In this document: positions 54,484 through 64,000 of the stretch, in pieces
Numbering within the stretch: the stretch's first letter is position 1
Layout of the letters: each line of letters begins with the position of its first letter
Assembly (NCBI GenBank): GCA_951406725.2
Contig: OX597828.1
Span: forward strand, 40,982,001-41,046,000
Direction: 5' to 3'
Length of the DNA: 64,000 bases
Origin: Octopus vulgaris
Taxonomy: Eukaryota
Notes under the pieces: generated by a model
Databases searched by the model: none
What the model was told of the DNA's origin: nothing
Seen by the model: only the letters and a program-made list of their open reading frames with translations
Program-made: the position numbers and the translations under genes

Positions 54484-55358
54484 TATCAATTGTATCTGTA
54501 TATCATCATCATTTAACGTCTTGTTTTCCAAGCTAGCATGGGTTAGGCAGTTTGACAAGGAGCGGGCCAGCTGGGTAGCTCTTCAGACTCCAGTTGTCTG
54601 TTGCGGCATGGTTTTTATGGCTGGATGCCTTTCCTAAGGCTATAAATGTACGTGTGTATCTTGTTCCAGGAATTAGACTGCAACCATGCTGGAGCACTCC
54701 TTGAAGTGTTTAGTCTAATAAATCACCCCTTGGTACTTATTGTATGGGTCTTGTTCAGTTTTCGCCTACCAAATTGGCTCACAAGGCTTTGGATGGCCAG
54801 GGCTATAGTAGAAAACACTTGTCAATAGTTCACATTGGTTTAACTCAGTGGCCCACCAAAGTGGGAAGTATTGCTCCTCTGGGGGCAGTGGAAAGTTCTG
54901 AGGGGCATTGAAGAAAAGTGGGGTGATAATGGAGTAGAGATACATGTAAAAGCAACAAAATAATGGGTTCATTAGGTTAAGTTTTACTTGTGCAGGTGGC
55001 ATGTAAAAAGCACCCACTGCACTCGCGGAGTGGTTGGTGTTAGGAAGGGCATCCAGCTGTAGAAACTCTGCCAGATCAGACTGGAGCCTGGTGCAGCCCC
55101 TGGCTTCCCAGACCCTGGTCGAACCGTCCAACCCGTGCTAGCGCGGAAAACGGACGTTAAACGATGATGATGAATGGGGCTGAAACTTCTGTAAAACTTT
55201 CTGTAACAGAATGGGGTCTCCGTGAGGGTGAAAAAAAAAATTTCAGCCATGATCAACAAAGTGTTCTGCATTGGAATCTTGTTCATACATGCTGCGAAGG
55301 TATCTGTGCATATATAATACATGTATATATATTAAATGGAGGGTATTTTAATGCAAGT

Positions 55359-55583
55359 TTAACCTTTAGCATTCAAACTGGCTCTATCCAACCAAAATAT
55401 TCTACCCGTTTTATGTTCGAACTGGCCCGATCTAGCCTCTCACAACATCCCTACAGTGTCATTCTAAAAATTAACAGCTACTTTATTAATATCTCAAAGC
55501 TACAAAATTATGCAAAACTAATTCAAAACAATGTGAATAAATAAGCATTACTTTTAACTGAAATGTGAATGCTTAAAAGTTAA
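55359..55583. mobile_element. TTAA-flanked MITE (piggyBac-like)
   Basis: TTAA-CCTTTAGCATT ... AATGCTTAAAAG-TTAA. Confidence 0.55.
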
Positions 55584-56044
55584 GGAAGCTGTGGGTCTTT
55601 TACAATGGATGAGAGAATTCAATAGTGTGAAATTTATTGTCAGTTTTTTGTTGGCTTTTAAGTTTTTATCTGATGGCTTACTTAACCAAATTGAATGAGC
55701 AGTTGGCTGAAAAATTTACAATGATACGTATATACATACATCAGAGTCATACTTGTTTTTGCAAGTCATTTGATCTAAGAATGAATGTTAAAAGTAAACA
55801 ATTTTAACTATGAAAGAGCACACAAAACCTGTTACATTCACTTTTTATTTCTTAACAGTACAATATGAAATTAAGAGTTTTATAGTACTAATGCGACCTG
55901 GTCACCAAAGCAATTCCACTGCACATACTTGTTTCTATTTTAGATACTTAAAGTGCCGACTGTATTTTTATCAATATTTTAACCTTTTTAACTCTCAGAT
56001 TACTTTATCAAATGTAATACTTATTTATTCACATTGGTTTAACT

Positions 56045-56320
56045 CAGTGGCCCACCAAAGTGGGAAGTATTGCTCCTCTGGGGGCAGTGGAAAGTTCTGA
56101 GGGGCATTGAAGAAAAGTGGGGTGATAATGGAGTAGCGATACATGTAAAATCAACAAAATAATGGGTTCATTAGGTTAAGTTTTACTTGTGAAATACAGT
56201 TGCTTTGAATTTGCTTCAGAAAGAGGTCTATGTTTGTGATGCTTTGTTGGGGTGGGGGCGCTAGGAATGTGGTCTGAATGTCAAGGGGGGCAGCAGCCCG
56301 AAAATGTTTGGGAACCACTG
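56045..56320. mobile_element. hAT (Charlie-like) MITE
   Basis: CAGTGG...CCACTG termini; 8-bp TSD GTTTAACT / GTTTAAAT. Confidence 0.8.
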
Positions 56321-56855
56321 GTTTAAATTAATTATGCTTTATCTCATGGATTTGAAATTTCAATGATGTCATCATCATCATCATCATCGTTTAACGTCTG
56401 CTTTCCATTGGGTTGGATGATTTGACTGAGGACTGGCAAACCAGATGGCTGCACCAGGCTCCAATCTGATCTGGCAAAGTTTCTACAGTTGATGCCCTTC
56501 CTAATGCCAACCACTCTGAGAGTGCAATGGGTGCTTTTATGTGCCACTGGCACAAGAGCCAGTCAGGTGGTACTGGCAATGGCCACGCTCAAATGGTGTT
56601 TTTTATGTGACACCTGCACAGGAGCCAGTCCAGCGGCACTGGCAACGACCTCGCTTGGATGTTTTTTCACGTGCCAGTAAGGCGATGATTGTTTATATTT
56701 AGAATGACATTGTAGAGTAGATATGAAAAACCAGATCTCGCCGGTTTGAATGTAAAATGGATAGACTATTTGGGCTGGATTTAGCCAATTTAAATGCTAA
56801 ACAGCTAAAGTCTTTTGCTTCTATTGTTGTAACCAATTTCTTTTTCTCTGTTTAG

Positions 56856-56961
56856 GTGTTCTCTCTTTGGACATATTGGTTGACCAAGCTTGGCTCAAGC
56901 TACAACAAGTTCTTTCAATCAATGAATGTGTTTCTCTGAAAGTCAAGACTTCTGGTAAAGT
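56856..56961 (+). CDS. BAZ1B: BAZ1B coding exon 3
   Basis: tttag acceptor, gtgagt donor; SVLSLDILVDQAWLKLQQVLSINECVSLKVKTSGK resembles WSTF SLEKLVDTAWLEI; phase 1 in, phase 2 out. Confidence 0.9.
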
Positions 56962-58151
56962 GTGAGTATCATTTTAGATTTTGTCTTTTATTTTTTACTT
57001 GTTACAATCATTAGACTGTGGCCATGCTGGGGCACCAACTTGAAGAGTTTTAGTCAAATGAATCGATCCCACTACTCACCTTTTTTCTTAAGCCTAGTAC
57101 TTATTCTGTTGGTCTCTTTTACTGAACTGCTAAGTTGCTGGGATGTAAACACACCAACCCCAGTTGTTAACACACAGTGGGGAATACACACACATGCACA
57201 TATAGTGGGTTTCTTTAATTTCCATCTACCAAATCCACTCAGAAGGCTTTGGTTGGTGCAAGGCTATAATAGAAGACACTTACTCAAGGTGCCACACAGT
57301 GGAACTGAACCTGGAACCATGTGGCTGGGAAACAAACTTCTTACCACACCTATGCCTATAACTACACCTGTGCTTCTAAAAAAAAAAAGGCCCTTTTAGC
57401 TTCTGGTTAAAGCTACCATCTTCCCTCTTTGTCCCTACTTAGCTTTTGGTCCTCTCCTAAATGGTACCATTTAGAAGTAGGGTCACTTGAGCAAGTTTGT
57501 AACCTCTAAACTGATACTCAAGCTATTCAAATGTAACAAGATGTAGTTTTTGAACTTGTGGTGTTCTAACAATTCTGCCACCTTAATAATATTAATTATA
57601 ATAATAATAATAATAATAACAATCCTTTCAAGTATAGGCACAAGGCCTGAAATTTCAGGGGAGGGAGTGAGTCGATTATATTGACCAACTGGTACTTAAT
57701 TTATCGACCCCGGAATGATGAAAGGTAAAGGTCAACCTCAGCGGAACCTATGCCATGTTTCTGTGTCTGTTTTGGCATGGTTTTCGCAGCTGATGCCATT
57801 CCTAACACCAACCACTCTGCAGATTAAGCTAAAATAAATATCTGTGATGCAACGAGGGTTGTTTCATTATTTATACACCCCCCCATCTCTTACTGATATC
57901 GATCTTGCATCTCTAGTTAGTATAAGAGATGGAAAGTATAACAGATATTACACTAAATATATAGGAATGCAATAGATACTACCTACTTATTTCTAACAAA
58001 AATGGTGTGTGGAGTTGAGGTAGGATAAAATTACAAGCTTTTTAAGGTAATTTTTGTAGCAAAGAGGAAGGTTGCACCCTAAGCCTAAGGCAGTATTCTA
58101 TATTTCATCCTATCCTTTGTGTGTCCTACTGAAATCCTTTGCCCAATATCT

Positions 58152-58374
58152 ATTTCTTTACTACCCACAAGGGGCTAAACATAGAGGGGACAAACAAGGA
58201 CAGACAAACGAATTAAGTCGATTACATCGACCCCAGTGCGTAACTGGTACCTAATTTATCGACCCCGAAAGGATGAACGGCAAAGTCGATCTCGCGGAAT
58301 TTGAACTCAGAACGTAGCGGCAGACGAAATACGGCTACGCATTTCGCCCGGTGTGCTAACGTTTCTGCCAGCTC
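58152..58374 (-). mobile_element. Young tRNA-derived SINE (Meta-domain-like) with 11-bp TSD
   Basis: TSD GCCCAATATCT at 58141-58151 and 58375-58385; B box GAGTTCAAATTCC. Confidence 0.88.
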
Positions 58375-58641
58375 GCCCAATATCTTCTTCCATCACCTTT
58401 AGCCATGGTTTTTTTCACACATTGGACAATGTGTGCCAGATGAAATTGCTTTTGGTGGAGGGTTTCAATTGTAATAATATGCTGTGAGGTCAGATCTCAA
58501 GATTTTATACCTTACAAAAGAGATAATAAAAGGCTCAGATGATGGCAATATACTGTCCAGCAAAATTTTGAAACTTATATCAAAAACATTAACACGATGT
58601 TGATAAATTATTTCCATGTAATTTTTTCCTTTTATTTTCAG

Positions 58642-58684
58642 GGTGAAAGCCAAAGTTGTTAGAATCGATACATGTGGTATTGAG
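58642..58684 (+). CDS. BAZ1B: BAZ1B coding exon 4
   Basis: ttttcag acceptor, gttaga donor; VKAKVVRIDTCGIE resembles LKVKIVKI; phases consistent. Confidence 0.82.
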
Positions 58685-58982
58685 GTTAGAGACAATTTTC
58701 TTTACATCTTTTTTCTGTAATTTCTTTTTAACTTAAAAACACTTTTTTTCTTTTTAAATACCAACATATTAAAATATTTCAGTCCCTTATTTTGTTCAAG
58801 CTATGAATGCAGTTATATTTTATCCAGATTAATTAATACAAAAGTTATTTTACTATATTTCAATTCTTGATTATTTCCAATATTAATTAACATCGAATGT
58901 TTGTGTCATTAGAAATATATCCACAAAACAGTCAAAACTGTCTACATATATAAATATGTGTGTGTATTTCTATCCATTTCAG

Positions 58983-59087
58983 GCCAATCCTACAAGTAAT
59001 TGCAGTTCTCCATCAAGTGATAAAGAAAATACAGATGAAAACAGTTCTAATAAAGATACTGGGCAAAAGAAGTGGGTGCCTCCCAAA
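58983..59087 (+). CDS. BAZ1B: BAZ1B coding exon 5
   Basis: ANPTSNCSSPSSDKENTDENSSNKDTGQKKWVPPK contains the WSTF motifs SPSSDKEN and KWxPPK; ag/gt ends. Confidence 0.93.
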
Positions 59088-59750
59088 GTAGGTCTTCTCC
59101 AGTTTCACTTCAACTTTTGTCATTGTGATTAAATAGAAATAATTATTAATAGTAATGAGAATAATTGTTCCTGGTTTAGGTACCAGACCAGCAATTTTTG
59201 AGAAGAGCTAGTTTGCTATTTACTCCCCCACCCCCGTATTTGACTGGTACTTTATTTTATTGACTCCCAAGGGATGAATGGCAAGGCTGGCCTCAGCAGA
59301 ATTTGAAACCAGAATATAAAGAGCCAGAACAAATAATGCAAGGCATTTCACTGGACGCTCTAATGATTCTGCCAAACTACTGCCTTAATAACAACAATAA
59401 TTCTTTCTAATTTTAGCACAAAGTTAGCATTTTTCAGGGGAAGAGAAAAGTTAATTACACTGACCTCAGTACTGGACTGGCACTTTATTCTATTTACCTT
59501 AAAAGAATAAAAGGCAAAATGTGATTTGAATTTAGAATGTAAAGAGCTGGAAAAATATGCAAGGTATTTTTTCAATCCTCTACTGATATTATTATTATTG
59601 TTAGTAGAGTTGGTGGTTGGAATAACCGTCTAAGGGATAAGAATATCCGTTTTACTACTGGTATAAATTACCCATGTTAACCCTGGGCAGACATATGCAA
59701 GCTCATAGGATACAGGCAATGACAAAGATAACAAGAGTTTATCAGGAATC

Positions 59751-59905
59751 AAATTTACATTGAGAAGAAAATGGAGAAATCTTGATCAACAACAATTGAC
59801 TAACATTGATTATTATTTTTTGAAGTTTTGTATTAAAAAATAATAATCGATGGCAGTCAATTATTGTTGATCAAAATTTCTCCATTTTCTGCTCAATTTA
59901 AATTT
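59751..59905. repeat. Imperfect ~155-bp foldback in BAZ1B intron 5
   Basis: Arms of about 70 bp, AAATTT..GAAAATGGAGAAAT..TTGATCAACAA..GATTATTATTTTT and its reverse complement. Confidence 0.85.
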
Positions 59906-60580
59906 ATTATTATTGTTGTTAGTAATAGTAATTAATGGTTTCAAATTTCAGGGCCAAGTTCTCAACTGGCTCTTACCTCATCAATGCTGAAAAGGATGAA
60001 AGGCAAAGTCGATCCTGGTGGAATTTGAACTCAGAACGTAACGTCAGACGAAATACCACTAGGGATTTTGTCTCAGTATAGCTAACGCTTCTACCAGCTT
60101 GCCAACAACAATGTTATGTGTGAAAATAGTTATGTGTTCATTATGTTTTGAGTAGTAACCAAAATGTCTTTCGTATGGTAGTTTACTGATTTTATTCCAG
60201 TTGAGTGAATATTGAAGTCAATAATGGCAAGATTTGAAAATATTCTGAGATAAAGCAAAATATTGTAATACCTGTCGCTTTCCCTCTACACTACTTTTAC
60301 AGACCTTGCACTTTTTATATTTACGAATAAGCATCACATTACTAAAAGTGATTGCAATGATTCAAGGGACGTTACTCTGGTTTCTTGCTCATTTCCTTTT
60401 CCCGGCTTTGATAAGTTTAATTCTCAGTTGAACTACTGCTCTGTTCTGTTTACACTAATCAATTGTACCTACCTCCCGTGTGATTTGAGGACGATTTGGG
60501 TACTATTTGTTGCAGGTCGAGCAACCATGCGGAGACTCTTTCATACATAAGCGAAGTTATGTTCAGAATGCATGTATATA

Positions 60581-60910
60581 TCATCATCATCATCATCATC
60601 ATCGTCATTTAGCGCCCGCTTTCCATGCTAGCATGGGTTGGACGGTTCAACTGGGGTCTGGGAAGCCAGAAGGCTGCACCAGGCCCAGTCTGATCTGGCA
60701 GTGTTTCTATGGCTGGATGCCCTTCCTAACGCCAACCTCTCCGTGAGTGTAGTGGGTGCTTTTTACGTGCCACCGGCACAGGTGCCAGACGAGGCTGGCA
60801 AACGGCCACGGTTGGATGGTGCTTTTTACGTGCCACCAGCACGGGGGCCAGGCGAGGCTGGCAACGGCCATGATCGGATGGTGCTTCTTACGTGCCACTG
60901 GCACGGAGGC
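60581..60910 (-). mobile_element. RTE 3'UTR copy with modules (further copies at 26770-27130, 56368-56680, 62430-62680)
   Basis: (CAT)n followed by the reverse complement of the RTE 3' end. Confidence 0.85.
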
Positions 60911-61229
60911 CCATGTGTATAAAACGTGGATACTTGTCTCCAAATAGGTACACTACATCCCTGTATGTCATGCAGGAGATTTAAAAAGGTGGGTGACAGA
61001 AGAGCATCCAGTTGTAAACATTCTCAGGAAAGTCATTCAGCATGGAAAAGTAAACATAACATGTTGCAGATGATGTGCAACACACACTGTCTCTATCTCT
61101 GCTTGTCTGTCTGTCTAATATAAGTGTAAGTTGTTAAGACTGTCTCAACTTAAAGTGCTTGGTCTTCAGTTTTAAAGTGTTTTACCAAGTTAAATAATAT
61201 TCTTATATATTTTTCTTTTGTATCTGCAG

Positions 61230-61306
61230 TTATTACCTTATAAATACAGCATAAAGCTAAATGAAGAAGAAAAAATTATTAACTGTGTACCAGCTGCTGA
61301 TTTAAC
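61230..61306 (+). CDS. BAZ1B: BAZ1B coding exon 6
   Basis: LLPYKYSIKLNEEEKIINCVPAADL resembles FLPHKYDVKLQNEDKIISNVPADSL; ctgcag / gtaagt ends. Confidence 0.93.
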
Positions 61307-62766
61307 GTAAGTCTATTTTAAAACATTCTCTGTGTGCACATGTGTAATATGTGTTTGTGTGTGTCTGCATTTATGTATGTGTGTGTTGATGTATTTATGC
61401 ATATGTGCTAGTGTGCACGTATGAAATGCATTGGTTTTTGCATGGTGGAGCATTTTTAATTCCAAGTTCATAATAATTAAAAGATTTGAGTTTAACATAA
61501 TATCCTCCCATTTTGTATTCCTCCCAGATATTTAATAAATATTATTCATAACTTCAAGATGTACTGTGGTGTGTTATATAATTATCTCACTTCATAATTA
61601 AGTAACTAATTAAAATTATATTTTGGTACATTTTACATCAATATACAGTTCATTTTTAATAATGAAATTAATGTGCAATGTGAAAAATTTTTGATCCTAA
61701 AATCTTGTACCTTAAAGAACTAAATGGCATTCATGGATTGATCACAATAATAACAACAGCAACATCTGTGTCAAATTTTGGTACAAGTCCAGCAGTTACA
61801 GTTGGGAAGGACATAATTAATTACAATGACCCCAGTACTTGATTGATACTTATTTTATCAACTCTGAAAAGATGAAATGCAAAGATGGAATTTGAACTGT
61901 GAAGATAAAAACCTGGGGAAAATGCTGCTGGGTATTTTGCCAACCATGCTAGTGATTCTGCCTGCCCTATTCCTTAATCATCATCATCATCCTCATCATT
62001 GTTTAACATTTGCCTTCTATACTGGCATGGGGCGGACGGTTTGACAGGAGCCAATCAGACAGAAGCCTGCACCAGACTTCTGTGACTGTTTTGGCAGGAT
62101 TTTCACAGCTGGATACCCTTCCTAACACCAACCACCCAACAGAGAGAACTTAGTACTTTTTACGTGACACAATTGTAATAATTTTTTTTTTCTAATTTTG
62201 TACAAGGCTAGTAATTTTGAGCTATGAGGGAAGTTGATTACATCAACCCCAGTACTCAATGCTGCTTGTTTTAATTATTGACTCCAAGAGAATGAAAGCA
62301 AAGCTGACCTCAGAATGTAAACACAGACGTAACACCACTTAACATTTTGTCTGGTGTGCTAAAGCTTCTGACAGCTTGCTGCCTTAATAATAATGGTAAT
62401 AATTTTATTTTATTTATTGTGGTAAGGCCTCCGTGCCGGTGGCACGTAAAAAGCACCATCCGAGCATGGCCGTTCGCCAGCCTGTCTGGCACCTGTGCAG
62501 GTGGCACGTAAAAAGCACCCGCTACACTCACGGAGTGGTTGGCATTAGGAAGGGCATCCAGCTGTAGAAACACTGCCAGATCTGACTGACCTAGTGCAGC
62601 CTTCGGGCTTCCCAGACCCCAGTTGAACCGGCCAACCCATGCTAGCATGGAAAGTGGACGTTAACGATGATGATGATGATGTGGTAAAGATTGCATGCAA
62701 GAAATTTTCTGAAGGCCTGTTCTTTAAGAATTTAACATTTTATTTATTTTTTAAAAATATTTTCAG

Positions 62767-62932
62767 TCGTGTTGACCGGCCACCTCCGAAAGAACTTCTT
62801 CGTTTGTTCATCAGAACACATGCTTTACGTGCTGGTGTAACGTCTTCCAGTCCTTGGGTTGTTGATGATGTCATGATTAAAAAACATGGCATACAGAATA
62901 AACTTGCAGATGTTTTCTTATCTCCAATGAAG
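62767..62932 (+). CDS. BAZ1B: BAZ1B coding exon 7
   Basis: RVDRPPPKELLRLFIRTHALRAGVTSSSPWVVDDVMIKKHGIQNKLADVFLSPMK resembles RTERPPNKEIVRYFIRHNALRAG...PWVVED; tttcag / gtaagc ends. Confidence 0.95.
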
Positions 62933-63694
62933 GTAAGCTTATTTTGTGTCTTTCAATTTGCTGTCTTTTTTTTATTTCTTAATTTTTTTGCTGTTGTCTG
63001 TCATTTGACTCTGGCCATACTGGAGCACTACCTTTGAAGTTTCAGTTGATTATATCAAACCCTATACTTATTAAGTTTGCTATTATTTTATTGATCCCTA
63101 TTTATCAAGCCATTCGTGTTGGGGACATAAAGGAACACAACATAAACCTTAATGTAGTTAGGTTTGCATTCTAACAACTGTCAGTGCACCTGTGTCAGTG
63201 CTATATAGAAAGCACCCATGCCAGCACCACATAAAAAGTACCTGTGGTGGGATCACATATGAGTATATGTGCCAGTGTCATGGTAAAAGCAGCCATGCAG
63301 GCGCTGCACAAAAGGGCATCCATGCTAGCACCTAGTAACACCTGTGCTAGCACAGAATAAAGACACCTGTGCTGGTGCCACAAGGTATCAAAAGAGTTAA
63401 GCAGAAACAAAATTCTTGCTATAGATTTGAACCTGTCTCATATATTCAGCCATTACAAAAGCTCATATACTTACATGCACTTAAATACACACACACACAT
63501 GCACATGCTGTCTATTTCTGCTTCTTTCTATCTCACACATGCATTCTTTCTCTGTTGTGTATGCACTTACTTTGCCACACAGACACACATTCTCTATCTG
63601 TTTCTGTCTCTTTCTCTCTCACGTAAATTAATTATTAATTTATTTCATGATAATCAAGATTGTGACATCTTTAGCTCTAATTTTGTTTATTCAG

Positions 63695-64000
63695 ATACAA
63701 GATCATTCCTTAGATGAATGTGCAAAGAAACGCAAACTGTCCAGTAGTAAATCTCAAAATTCTTCAAATGCCAAAAAATCTAAACTTGATAAATCTAAAC
63801 CTACGAAAACCTCCAAGAAAAAGAAGGATGAATCGGAAAGCAGTTCGAAGAAGAAAGCAAAGCAGGGTAAATTAAATACTAGTAGTAGCAGTAGCAACAG
63901 CAGCAGTACAACTAAAAGGAAACCCTCTATATCGAAGAACAGCAACAGCGGCAGTCCAAGCAAAAAAAGCAAATTAGCAAATGACGTGGATTCTTCTGAT
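63695..64000 (+). CDS. BAZ1B: BAZ1B coding exon 8 (K/S-rich, runs off window)
   Basis: ttcag acceptor, phase 0, open for 102 codons: IQDHSLDECAKKRKLSSSKSQ...; NLS-like KKRK. Confidence 0.85.
   Translation, partial: MQDHSLDECAKKRKLSSSKSQNSSNAKKSKLDKSKPTKTSKKKKDESESSSKKKAKQGKLNTSSSSSNSSSTTKRKPSISKNSNSGSPSKKSKLANDVDSSD

Overview
AT-rich, microsatellite-dense eukaryotic DNA. The repeat complement (tRNA-derived SINEs, RTE LINEs with (GAT)n tails, long TA/TG arrays) looks cephalopod, most likely Octopus; this is an inference. The window holds the first 8 coding exons of a + strand BAZ1B/WSTF orthologue (ATG 8900, running off the end at 64000). The exons join in frame, intron 1 is U12-type and intron 2 is about 44 kb. 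Intron 2 contains a frameshifted RTE LINE with a PHD finger inside the RT, decayed HERO, CR1-type and Penelope copies, and a young Naiad-type Penelope-like element (PLE) with an open RT+GIY-YIG frame, a hammerhead ribozyme (HHR) and an inverted terminal segment. The main signal missing from the ORF track is a set of about 9 PLE-type minimal hammerhead motifs (3 intact, the rest decayed). They belong to different families, carry different palindromic loop-3 sequences, mostly sit in TA-microsatellite arrays, and two intact ones lie on the BAZ1B sense strand. Most long ORFs in the track are microsatellite artefacts. All calls are by eye; no database search was run.
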